The position numbers and the translations under genes were made by a program. A stretch of 63,496 bases of DNA, counting the filler, from Pelomyxa schiedti (Eukaryota; Protista; Evosea): the NCBI GenBank assembly GCA_020536535.1. It is 7 parts of 7 records of this genome, joined end to end, with 100 filler letters (N's around TTAATTAATTAA, not from the genome) between each part and the next. Parts side by side here need not be neighbours in the genome. Positions count along the whole stretch, not along the records: positions 1 to 28,083 come from JAHLWZ010001025.1; 6 more parts are not named here. The stretch is one strand, 5' to 3'. Of this stretch, positions 14,147 through 26,286 are shown in pieces. Each line of letters starts with the position of its first letter. Position 1 is the stretch's first letter. A model generated the notes under the pieces. It did not search any database. It was given only the letters and a program-made list of their open reading frames with translations, and was not told where the DNA came from.

Positions 14147-16529
14147 TTACCAGTCCATGAGTAGGCCACCGCGTTTGTAGATGTCGAGTTGCACGGGGTT
14201 GAAGCCGAGGCAGGGGACTTGCTTGCCGCGGGTGGCGTTGGTGACTATTCCGGTTGCGAGGTCTACTGTGACTTGGTCGCCTGTGGCTATGTGTGCCTCA
14301 GACCCTTCTGTGAGGTCCATTTGGGGGCAGCTCAGGATTGGCAAACCTTTTTTTTTTTGTGGGGTGAAGGTTTTAGTTGGCTTCAGATAGGAACAACTGG
14401 TGCGGGGCAAACCTGCATTGATGGCGTTTCTTTCGTAAATAGCACCAAAGCTCTTTCCAAGGATGGCGGAGACACCAAGTGCTGTGAAGCAATCAACAGC
14501 CTGTTGGCGAGAACTTCCACATCCAAAGTTTTTCCCGGTTACAACAAAATCGCCAGGCCTGAGAGGGTATCAGTAAAACTGAAAAATATAACGCTTGAGA
14601 AGTACTGGACTCTTTTGGGGAAGTCTTCCCATCCTGGAAGGTTGCCGAACGCATGGGGGCCCATCTCCTTCAAGTCAGTAATGGCCAACCATTTGTTGTG
14701 GAAAATCATGTCTATGAAAGGGAAAAAATGGGTTGGAGGTACATTGCAAGGAGAGGTGGTTGGTTACCTGTGTCGATGTTATCTTTAGGAATAACCCACG
14801 CATGACCGGTGAGTTGGAGAGGCTTGGCTGCAGCCTATTTTTTCCTGTCAGACAAGGAAGGAAGCGAAAAAGTACAACATGGCAAGTGCAAGCAGAGGCA
14901 GATGTGGTGGTGGCAGCAGCTGTCCTTGGAACAAACACACTCGGTGTTTCAGCTATCTGGGCAGCAGTAGTAATGTGTCCAGAAACTGCACATGCTGCTA
15001 CTGTAGCAGGGGAAGCTAAGAACACTTCTCCCTTGCCTTGTTTCCCTGGGAAATTCCTGTTCCCAGTGCTAATTGTAACCTTACTTCAAATGAACCAAGA
15101 AATGATAATCATCATTTAACATACTTCGCCTGGGCCATTTTGGCCAATTTGTCCAGCAGCGCAGCCAGCACAACCAGAATTGCCTACCAGAGCACCGGCA
15201 TCAGTGAAAATCTTGATGATTCCCTCCTCCAGGGCTTGTTGCCAGATGTACCTTGTAGATGGTACTATTTTCAGCACAACTCCTGGAGCTACTCTTCTGC
15301 CCTGGAAAGAAAGAGTTAAAGAAAAGGAAATTACAAAATATAGATACACGAAGAATTTCAGCGGCCACACGCAAGTCCTCTAAGCGGCCATTTGTGCAGG
15401 AACCAATGAAACAGGAATCCACCTTTTTACCCATGAGAGAGCGAACTGTGACACCATCTTCGGGATTTCCGGGCTTGGCCATCATTGGTTCTAGCCCGTC
15501 AATGTCAATTATGACTTCCTTCTCATAAACAGCGTCGGCATCAGGGGCAATGGAAGCGACGTTGAAATCTGGGTATGTTAGGCACTTCTTATCTCAAATA
15601 TCCTACCTGGGCACCCAAGTTCAGCAAGCACCTTTGCTGAAGGTAGAATCAAAATGCAAATGGCACCCATTTCAGTTCCGAGGGAGGATATGGTTATCCT
15701 TCCAGCGAGATTCAAACCCTCTTATGAACGTGAGCCAATATTATAAGGTCGGAGAAAAAAAAACCAATGTATTCGCCAACAAGCTCGGCAGAGTAGCCAA
15801 GGAGTCCATTAGCACCAAAGTGCTTAACCATTGCCAAACCAACATCCTTCGCCGTTGCCAGTGGTGATGGAGTTCCTTTTAGAACTACGCGGACAGAAGG
15901 AGGAACTTTAAACCAAACCGAGCCTCGAGCCCAGGCTGCAGCAATATCAACATCACCCATACCCTAAATAGAATAGGTGGAAAGCTCGAGACGATTTCTC
16001 AAACCTGTCCAAATGCGCAAATGGCTCCCATGATATTGGCATGAGAATCCGTAGACACAAATGTTGAACCAGGGGTGACAACATGCTGATCCACAACCAA
16101 GTGTGTGCCAATTCCTTGATCAATATCAAAGACGCGAATTCCATTGTCGCGAGCAAAAACGCGGCACTGCTGTTGATTCTGAGCATATTGCTGATCCGAT
16201 CCTAAAGACCAACACAAAAAAAAATTAAGTGCTGAGAAAAGGTATGAAGCCTACTCACCAGTTGGATTGCAATCAAAAGTGAAAAAAGTTCTGGTGGGAT
16301 CAGCAACTTTTAGTTTCTATGTCGACGTTGGAACCCGAAAAAAAGGAGCCAAAAACCCAGCAGTGCTTACTTGCTTCTTGATGTTCTGCACCACGTTCGC
16401 ACCACCGAAATCGCGGGCGGCCCTCACGTCGATAACTATATCTACGATTTCATTGGCGTTGGCAGGGCTGCCGACACTGACTGGCGACAAGTGTGAATGC
16501 ACGATCTTCTCTACTATTGTCCTCCCCAT
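14147..16529 (-). CDS. Aconitase-superfamily dehydratase: fused large and small subunits (LeuC-LeuD / homoaconitase type)
   Basis: [63 protein letters not shown], then [40 protein letters not shown] in one spliced frame. Confidence 0.92.
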
Positions 16530-16803
16530 CACAGACAAAGATCTTCGGGTTTTGTTTTGTTTTATGCCTTTTTCTCCTTTTTTTGTGGAAACTGAGTTTC
16601 TGTCGTTTGCACGAAGAAGAAACAAAGTGTTACCACCAAGAAATCTCCTGCATTTTTCTTGAACAGAATTAATAAGCTGCCCACCCCCGCCCAGGGCCCA
16701 ACGCAATCCCATGAGCCTCTTTCGAATGCCTCGGACAAAAACCAAAAAACAACCAGCAACTTCAAAAATCTCAACGGAAACGGCTGGGTACTGAGAGTAC
16801 GAG

Positions 16804-19481
16804 ATGCGTAGGGCGATATCCACGGTGGGCACGAGGGCCGAGCTGGTGCGCCGCGCGATGGCCGTCATCGAGGCGTCGGGCAGGTCCCAGGGCGTCTCTG
16901 ACGGCGAGATGGCGATGCGCCCGACGCCGGCGTCGGCGCCGCCCCCGCCTCCGGCCGCCACGCACTACGCGCCGCCCACGCCGGTGGCGCAGCAGCAGCA
17001 GCAGCAAGCTCCGCAGCACGCGGGGGCGTACTACGCGCCGATGACGGTGGATGAGGCGGCGGCCACGCGCGACCCGCTTGCGATGTGGCTTGCCGACCGG
17101 GAGCTCGAGGAGGCTCAGGCTCAGTCGATGCTGCTGAGGCAGGAGACCCTGCAAATGCAACTGCAGATGCAGAACCAGATGCAGTTGCAATTGGAGGCCG
17201 AGCGTGCGTCATCGGCTCGAAACGAGCAACTGCAGGCTCCAACAACACAAACCGAGGCACGGAAGTCCTCTGGAATTCCATTGTCGGCGTGGTCAGACCT
17301 TACTTGCACTTCATCACTTACTGCAAACACTCTTTCTTCTGCTCCGGGGACATCTGCAGGTCTTGCACAACAAACCCCTCACAAAGATAGTGTTTTATAT
17401 CTGACTATCTTATCATTGCCTCCCTTGTTTTTTTTTCCTGATGAGCCTCATAGATGACTTTGATTATGGTTCAAGACTCTCTAGTCTTTTCCTGTGAGCT
17501 TGAAACTATTTTTTGTGGTGACTGACCGTAGTTGTAGAACCTTTGTTGGGGCCAGACCACAGGCCACAGGTACTGTTGTGCCCTCCGCCATTCAGCCACC
17601 TGAGAGATCCACTGTCAAAATTATTCATGTAGCCTCTTTTTTTTAAAGTCACTCCTAATTTTTTTTTTTTTTGCCCCCTGCAGTCTTCTCCTGCAGCAGT
17701 AGAGAATATCACGCCTCCTGTGGAATCTCACCCAGATGCAGATTTAAGGGAAAAGGCTGTCTTGGAACTCTCTGAGACGGAAACAACTTATGTGGCTGAC
17801 CTTGGCATTGTAGTTCATGTACAAAACCTAGGAAGAACTTTTGTAACTATACAAAAAATAGACTATACTGCCCCCAATCAGAGCTCAAGAAATTCTTACA
17901 CCACTTCAAATATCTGACATATTTTGTAATATAGAGGCAATCTATGGCTTCCACAAAATTTTACTGAGGTCGAACCAAAAATACACAATCGAACAACCTA
18001 ATAGATCATTTAGTGAATTGTATGATACCAGTGTTGGGGAATGTTTTGTTAAAATGTGCCAGTATCTTAAACTGTATTCGGTATATCTTGCAAATCAACA
18101 GGTTTCATTCCTCTGAAAAACAACCCAAATAAATAGTAGTTCAAACATGCAGAAACAATCAGATACAATCAATACCTTACTTAGGACCAACAAAGTATTT
18201 GAGAAATTTCACCAGGTAACTCATATTTCGTTCCCACTGTGCCATCTTGACTGGAAGTCCCAAGGCGATGAGCAGGCGCCCAGAGATGAGGAAGTTGGAT
18301 CTTTTATCGTTTTTGATAAAACCACTCCAGCGTCTCTGCCGCTATCCCCTTCTGCTGAAAGAAATTATTAAATACTCACCAACGGACAATAGTGAGTACC
18401 CGATGCTTCTGCAAGCTTACACAAAAATCTCCACCATTGTGGAATCTATAAACGAATTTGCCCGAACACAAGTGCATCAACTTTTCATTGCTCTTGCTTT
18501 TGTTAAACTGGCTTTAGGACAACCAGACTGCATTGTGGAAGGTTCATGCCTTTGTTACTGATGAAGTAAGTTGAGTTCCAATACTCTTTGCCTCATTCTC
18601 TAAGTTCTCTTCAACTTACAGAATGGTTCCCCGGTTGATTTGATGATTCCGTCACGACGTTTAATAAAGTTCATACCTCTAACTAAGGAGTAAAACCAAC
18701 ATTTTCCGCAGGCACGGGTTGATTGCAGAGCATGCACCAGGTGGTGCCCTTGTAGAAATGTTTTCTGGAAATAAACAAGTTGAGCAGTATCAATCAATAG
18801 TACTACTTATTAATCCCTGAGCAGGAAGTACAATATTTCCTTTTCAACGATATCCTTTTACGAGCTCAAACTTCTCTTTGGAGTTCCAGGCTCGTTATGA
18901 AGTCGCTCACAACCCTGAACTGCCTTGCTGTACTCACTGTAGGTGATACTATCAAGGCCACTCACGGCATCCCGTTGGACAAGCACTGNNNNNNNNNNNN
19001 NNNNNNNNNNNNNNNNNNNNNNNNNNNNNNNNNNNNNNNNNNNNNNNNNNNNNNNNNNNNNNNNNNNNNNNNNNNNNNNNNNNNNNNNAAACTTCTCTTT
19101 GGAGTTCCAGGCTCGTTATGAAGTCGCTCACAACCCTGAACTGCCTTGCTGTACTCACTGTAGGTGATACTATCAAGGCCACTCACGGCATCCCGTTGGA
19201 CAAGCACTGCATATGGCTGGAAGGCTACTATTCCAAGTAAAACCCACGATGTCCTCCTCTTCCCCTCCAACAACCATTGATTAACTCCTCACACACAGAG
19301 ACCTTTCAAAGAAACCCCTGTGGCAAGCAACCCTTATTTTCGTTACGTTGCCAGAGAGAGATTCTTGGCTAAGTGCCTTCGCCTCAGGTACAAACAACCC
19401 TTCAAGTCTTTCTTCATCAATAACCCTTGTGCTTCAGCCATTTGTGAGTACACACCCCTTGTTTCCTCATCCTCCTCTTGA
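16804..19481 (+). CDS. RhoGEF (DH-PH) protein with Gln/Pro-rich N-terminus
   Basis: REKAVLELSETETTYVADL, IFCNIEAIYGFH, LLSFLIKPLQRLCRYPLLLKEIIKYS, then PH-like YFLFNDILL. Start approximate; spans the gap at 18989-19088. Confidence 0.88.
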
Positions 19482-19523
19482 ATTCAAGAGGATGTAAAAA
19501 ATAGAGAAATGAATTTTTTTTTG

Positions 19524-21153
19524 TTATGGGGTGTCTTTTTTGATACGTCTTGGGGCAACTAGTTGCCAATTTAGGGGTAAGTAGGTGAACTCAGTGGTCT
19601 GAGGCACGATACAAGAGTTTTCAGTTAATAACTGCAACAGCTTTCGTGTGACACTCTTGATTGTTTCAGGGATACCTTCCTCAGCAAGGCAGCTCTTTTT
19701 GTTTTCGTTGGTGTTAAAGGGAAAGTGTGGGAGGATGCAGTACCTGTCTTATTGAGAAAGCCAGAACACAGCTCTTTCTGAACACCTGGCCGAGCAGTTC
19801 TGACTGAACACCACAAAGAGGGCACAGAACTGCACTCCGCATAGAAGCCAAGGTGTAAAGGTGGTTTGTAAGGATGTACTCAGAGTAGTTTGGGTCTGTG
19901 GGTCTTGGGATGATGGCTTTAGACTTGGCTTGGGGTTGTGTGTCTGTGCGGGGAGTTTGTGGGGGTGCCACACAAGGGCCACCTTGGGTTGCATTTGCAG
20001 CATTTCTACCTTTCCGGTTCTGGCGTGTTGCCTTTGCGGCAGCTGTGGTTGAAGTTGAGGTAGTAGAAGATGTATTGCTCTCAGGTTTCCCCGAGTTTTG
20101 TGGTATATTGGGTGGTGTAATATTTGGCGGATTTGTCTGTGTGGTGGTCTGTGTGTTGGTTTGTGTGTTTGTTTGATTCTTTCCTCGTGGTTGTCTATTT
20201 GGGGGAGGTTTGTTGGGTTGGCTTGCTTTTTTTGGCTTCTTTGCACACATTGGGTTCTCTAGAGTTTCTTCAGATGGCCTGTAGTTGAAACAAACAGCAG
20301 TAGCAGCTGCAGTGCCCTTCTCAAGAGCACGTGCAACCTCATTTACTCCAAACATGAATATGCGAGTGTCTTTGATGATTTGAGGTTTTATAGGAAGTGC
20401 AGGTGATAGCAGTGTTCCTGCTGAGTCCACAGCAATTGGATCAGGTCGATCAGTACTTATAGAAGAGGATGATGATGTACATTGTTGTAAATTAGAAATT
20501 TGTTCTGATTCCACTTGCGCAGATTGCCTGCTTGGAATTTTACTGTTGTAGTCTGTTAGCATTTCCACAAGTTCGCTCACAGTCTTCAAAATAGCCTCAA
20601 TAGCCACGCTGGGAGTGGGAACAAACGTCAGGCTCTTTAGGGAATGCAGTCGCGCTGTGCATGTTGTTTATGGCATTGCAGGTGCAAGTAAAAAAAACAG
20701 CTAAATGCGACACAAGCAAAAGGGGAAAAACAGCGCAAATTAAAAAGTTAAGTGCGAACTAGAGGGATATAACCTTGTGCTCGAATCCATCGGGATTTCC
20801 TTCACACCGCACCTGGAAGGTATGCAATCGGCGGGGGGAAATAACACGGGCTTGGGCCTAGGCGGTGGTTTTTTCTTCGTCTTTGTTGGTTTCTGTGCAG
20901 CCGCAGTAGAGCTCGCCGACGGGGGTTTCGGAGCCGAAACTCGCTTTGCGTCGCCTTTACGCGGTCGTCCACTTTGTGTAGTATTTGGTGGTGTTTGTGT
21001 AGTGGCCACAGGTTGCTGCGCAGTCACAGTCAGATCCGTCACCGGCGCTGTAGGTGGATGCACACTTTCCGTCATCACAAGATCTTCGCTTTGTTTTGTA
21101 GTTGTGTCTCCTGATCCGGGGTCTTGTGCCCCTCCATCGCCGCCTTTCTGCAT
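19524..21153 (-). CDS. L7Ae-domain protein, RNase P/MRP RPP38/Pop3-like, with long low-complexity insert
   Basis: FGVNEVARALEK ... ILTNHLYTLAS..LCPL..LLGQVFRKSCVLAFSI; C-terminal YLPL..basic tail. Confidence 0.6.
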
Positions 21154-21422
21154 CAAAAAAAAAAAAACGATAATTTTGCTTCAAGTAAAAAACAAACAAA
21201 CAAACAATCAAAACGAGTGCTGGCACGAGGGAGCCAATTGACCGGACAGCCACAGTTTCGTTGCCGCGTTTGGTGTGGTTCTGCTTGCCCGGAAGTAGTT
21301 CTCAAAATCTTCTTTGGTGAGTGGGAATCTGGAGAGGGTCCACTGTGCAATTGCATGCCTGGAAGTCACCACGTGCATGCAACTGTTCCTGATTGTTGCG
21401 GCGTTTAGTGATGGAAACCTGC

Positions 21423-23446
21423 TCACCAAGAGTTTCCATGTGTAGAGGCTTGTGGGCGAATAAACCGAATTTTCCATGACCTTGTGGCGTGTGAGCAACT
21501 TGGAGGAAAAAGTGATGAATAGAATACATCAGTCATAGAAATGTGAAAGGTATCAATCAACCACATAGCACAGTGCGTTTTATCCAATTCCAAAAAGGAT
21601 AGAAGCAATTTGGTGTAATAATGTTCCTTGATGTGTCCCACTCCCGCGTGTGTGACTATCCATTTGACAACTTTACTGGAACAGCCCGAGATTTCAAAGG
21701 AAAGAAGGCACTTGGTTATACTATCAACTGACAAATTGCCAAGGGATTGAAGACGTTGTAGGTCATGAATGGTACTGCCGAAAATAATGAGGAGTACATG
21801 GCGGAGGACTTCTTCTGGCTCACTGTGAAGAGAAATGTGAAAAGTCTCCAGAACAAAGAAGATTGGTTCAACATCCCAGCTTGCAAGGAGAACCTGGTTG
21901 GTTTGTGTTGCTGTGATTTGAGATAAATCGACTACATGCTGTAGGAACCATTTCACACCACCCATGTTTGAGAATCTACGCCCTTTCCCGAAGATTTCAA
22001 CAAAAATGGAGCACACCTTCCCAGGAGTGGAGTTCACAACATTCATCACTTTGAAAGTGCTCTCAAGCCAATCTGCAATGCCTGTATTGCTGGAATGAAG
22101 TGCACTCTGCAGTGCGTATTGCAAATCCGCAGCAGACAATGTAACTCTCGGCGCCAGCCACTTGATAAGTTCCACATTGTCTTTAGAAAAACCCACAACA
22201 TGAAGAAATATGCTTTTTGGAGCAACTGACTTGTCATTCACAAGCCACTGGATAACTTCAAGATTATCACACCTACAAATTCTTTGCACTTCGGTTTCTG
22301 TGATGGGAAGAGAATATTCCTCAATTGCCCATCTCATACAACGTGGATTTCGTGACCAGTCCAGACTTCTAGGAGGAGAAGATAAATCCAAGTTATTTTT
22401 TGCCCACTGACAGAGTTCCACGGTACTGGATTCGTTGTTCAGTAATTCGGCAAAGACCCCTCTGCTGTACTCCACCTGTGGTAAAGAGAAATTCTCTACC
22501 CACCATTTCAGCAGCATTGGACAGCGCCCACGTGCGCACTGCAGGCCGAATCCCATGGTCCGGTCATTGAACTTCGCAAGGTTGAATGTCTCCACCAACC
22601 ATTGTGTGACCGGCGCATTGCCAGCGTAGATGGTTGATATGACCATGCCCACCAGCTCCCAAGGCTCCCTCATTCCCAGCCACCCAACAAGCCATTTCAC
22701 GGAATCCAAAGGCATATCGCCGCGACAGCACGCGTAGAACCTATAGGAGGTACTCCCTCTTATGTTTTCCCTCATGTCAATGTCTGCAGATGATCCTGGC
22801 ACCCCCGGCCACTTGAGACCCCATTTCCTCAACCACATTCCATCATTTCCAGAAAGATCAGCGCCTTCTATCTCACCACTATTGACGAGACCCAGAGCCA
22901 AGTCAATGTATCCACCACTCAGCAGCCCATCAAAAACAACCTTGCACGCCTTCTTGTTTCTGTTTGAGCTGAGTTGCCAATTTGTTACAGTCTTCTTAGT
23001 TATAGTTTGGCTATTTATACTTATAAGAATCATTGTTGGGTCAGGGTTGGGGGGGCCAAGCGCAACCTGCCTCCCATAATATATTCGGGGTCTACGCCGC
23101 CGCTGGAGTGCGATATGATCCACTTGACGCACGCAGGGGCGGCGGCCCTGGCGGCGCACCACAGCCTCACGTACCGCGACTGCCGCGGGAAGAGCTCCCG
23201 GGCCACGAGCGAGCACACGCGGGGAACCAGCGGGAACAGGCCCCCCGCCGCCCCGTACAGCGACACCCCCGCGGCTCTGGCCGCCTCCCTACTCGCCTCC
23301 TCAGACCCGCGCCGGCCGCTGCTGCTGGGGGCTGCGGCCGCCGCCAGCCAGCCAGGGGCCACCACCCACTCCCACACGATCTTGGACACTGCCAGCACGT
23401 GAGCCACGTCCTCGGGCTCGCGTGCCGTCCTCCTTTGCCTGTTCAT
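21423..23446 (-). CDS. Degenerate ankyrin-like repeat protein (probably a lineage-specific family)
   Basis: 597-aa ORF with recurring xLxxxKWL helices (DSVKWLVG, VTQWLVETF, LEVIQWLVN, VELIKWLA, IADWLESTF); first exon in ORF 23030-23449. Confidence 0.65.
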
Positions 23447-23744
23447 CACTGAATTTTTTTCAGTTTCGTTATCATAACATAGGACAGCACTAAAGCCTGC
23501 TCCCTCCTTGGTGTTTTTGTTTTCTCTTTACTCTCTAAGTCCCACCATAATGTCTGATGTGGATTCTGTGACAACAAATGTTGGAGCCAACGATTTCATT
23601 CTCAACAACTGCCGTGACAGTTATTCTCTCTCTCCTTTTCTTTCATAACCTGAACTCTCTTTGCACAGTCTCCAAGAGCAGCCAAGAAATACTTTGACTG
23701 GAGAGTGAATCAATGTTCTTTGTTCACTGTGACAAAAAAAAGAA

Positions 23745-24825
23745 TCAGCTACTGTTTTGATTGGTGGCATTGGGTGGAGCTGAGGTATTGATCAAATGGG
23801 TCCAAAAACTTCGCAGTGCACAGCCACAGAAGGCCTCGATGGATTCAAGGAGGTCAAAGAGGTCATGGTCTCCAGAACATGGCCAATCAGCAGCGGTCAG
23901 GAATTGTTGCACTTTGACTGAATCCAAATATCCAACCCTAGACAAACGCCCAGTTGGGGGTACCCACTTAAACCAGCGGTTGGGTCCTTCAAACAAAGGA
24001 ATCCAGGGTGCCGGAAGACAGGTTGGTGACCAGAGTATTGTCTTGGGAGGCCGCCGTGGTGTCGGAGCACAAGCATCCACACAGCAAAATCCCATTTGAA
24101 GTGTGTCTACTGCCTCGTGCCCCCGCACTTTTTCTTGGGCAGTGCAGAACACAAACACCTTCTTTCCAAGATCTGGAGAGAGAAACCAAATTGCCCCAGA
24201 GGCCTGCATACTGAAGGTCTCGGCGCCTCGGAAGGTATGAATTGTGTCCTGCATTATATGCCTGACCCTTGCCTTGAATGCCTCAAGTTTGGCACCCGAG
24301 CGGGCCTCTCTCTCCCCATCATTGAATCTGAACCCTCGGACAGGCTCAGGAGTTGCACTCGCCACCCTGAAGTTCCACTCCCTTTCAGCAGCGTACTCTT
24401 GCACAAACTTCGACAAACGCCTCGCCTCAGCCGCTTGGCTTCCCAGATTCAGCGCCAGCTCGTCGCTGCCTGGCACAACTCCTCTGTGATCGGGCTGAGG
24501 ATTGGGCATCGTCGATCTGTTGGCGGCGGCCCTGCACAGAGCCCTGACGCGAAAAATGAGGCACGATCTTTCGCAGGCAGCGAGGCACGAACGCGAGCAC
24601 AGCGAGAACTTGAAGAGGCCAGCTTGAGGAGGTAACATGATGAACGAGACGATTCGATCGAGGACGTGTTGTGGCATAATAACGTCGAGGGCAGTACACG
24701 GGTATCTTGTGGAACTCACAACAGCGGTTCCCCCTGGTTTTTTTTTCTTTCGTTACAACAACAAACATAGACAATAACCACAAACGAGGTCGTTTGGCAG
24801 CTGGTTGTTGTTCATCGTCCACCAT
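23745..24825 (-). CDS. F-box-like protein
   Basis: LDVIMPQHVLDRIVSFI..LFKFSLCSRSCLAAC resembles an F-box; NLS-like PAAKRPR in the putative first exon. Confidence 0.5.
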
Positions 24826-24854
24826 CGGCCCCGATGAAATTTGGTAGAAAACCT

Positions 24855-26175
24855 TCACAGTCTACGAAAAAAGCCGGTACCTTTAGTTGGATCAGCTAAC
24901 ACTGGATTCGAAAACTGAGGGTGCCTCACTGCCATCACACTGCTCTGTGCCAAAAGGCAGTTTTGTAGTGATTTTTTGGGAAGTTCCACTCTAAGCACTG
25001 CAGCAAGCCCGCCAACCACTACCAGGAGCAGCAAGCCCATTAATGGCACAGAAGTAGAGAGAGGCACCCCCTTTTCCTTTCCAAATCCTGTGGAAAATAT
25101 TGGTGGAGGGTATATCTTAGGTACTTTTATGATTCAAAAACTGAGCCGTTTGGATAGCTCCAACTGAGCCGTCGCGGATTTGATTGTAATCCTGCAGCCT
25201 TGGGATTTATCAGTGAATCGAGGACAACAAGAACTGCTACCTTCTTTTGTACTCGTAAGTTCTGCGTTGTTGCCTCAAGTGCATTTTTCTTGAGCAACTC
25301 GACCTTAGTGGCTTGCAACTCCATGCAGGCTCTCTCAAGACGATTACGCAAGTCTAGAATTTCGTTCTGCAGTGTGCTCTTTTCTTCATCTGTGGGGTCG
25401 ATGAGAAAAGAGCGACCTTCACACCAACACTAGGAAATGACACACTTAATGTTTAGAACCTCCTGGCGTTCCAACTGGTGACTATGAAATTATATTGTGC
25501 ATCAAGTTCCTCCAATTCAGAGGGATATGGAGTTGCCATTTGAAAAGAATAAGCTAAAGATGGAGCTGGAGGGGAAGCCGGTACTGCATTGCCAGTTACC
25601 ATTGTGATCGCTGGGGTCTGCGTGATTAATTGAGATAACCTTTCGGTAGGAACACACAAAGAACCCGAGAACTAGAAACTAGGAACTAGGTCCTATTCCT
25701 TTTAGTACTTGGGCTTGTTACACTGTAACAATAGGAGTGTAAGCTAGGTATTTGGTGAGGAGTCTCAAGTCAAAATTACTGAGTAAGGATGCACCTGTTG
25801 AAAGACCCTCCTTCTCTATAAGTTGAAGTTATGGCACTTCCCGCTTCGGAACAGCAAAGCCCACTTGTGGGATCCCGCCGAACCCGGAGTGGCTGGAAGG
25901 ATTGAAACAGAATCAACTTCAACTTATAGATCCTTCCGGAGGTGGTGTGTTCTGCAGGACCGGATCGGGCTTGCTCGCCCGTTCATCAATTGCCCCCGAA
26001 CGAAGGGAGGCAAACAGCTGCGGCGACTCGGTGGCAGCACTTGTCAGCGAAGAGAACGGAACAGGCACACCTACGGCCACACCGTGAGCTCCGTGGATTA
26101 CTGAGCCTGTTTTAGGTCCACTCGGTGCGTCGTCCGGATGCTCCACGATAACGTAAAACACCGCGGCTCTGCCAT
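24855..26175 (-). CDS. Hypothetical multi-exon protein with a coiled coil
   Basis: Series of minus-strand ORFs including RNRLERACMELQATKVELLKK; exon structure not resolved. Confidence 0.35.
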
Positions 26176-26286
26176 CATTTTTTTGTTCAAGGATTCTTCA
26201 GATTAGATACTGAACTTTCAGCTAAAACCGTTGTAACGGCCGGTCAGGGCACAGATCTGAACTTTATTTGTTCGATTCGTCAACAA

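Noticed and set aside
14147-16529. Bacterial contamination or endosymbiont DNA
   Set aside because: The prokaryote-like genes contain multiple spliceosomal introns and sit among eukaryotic genes.
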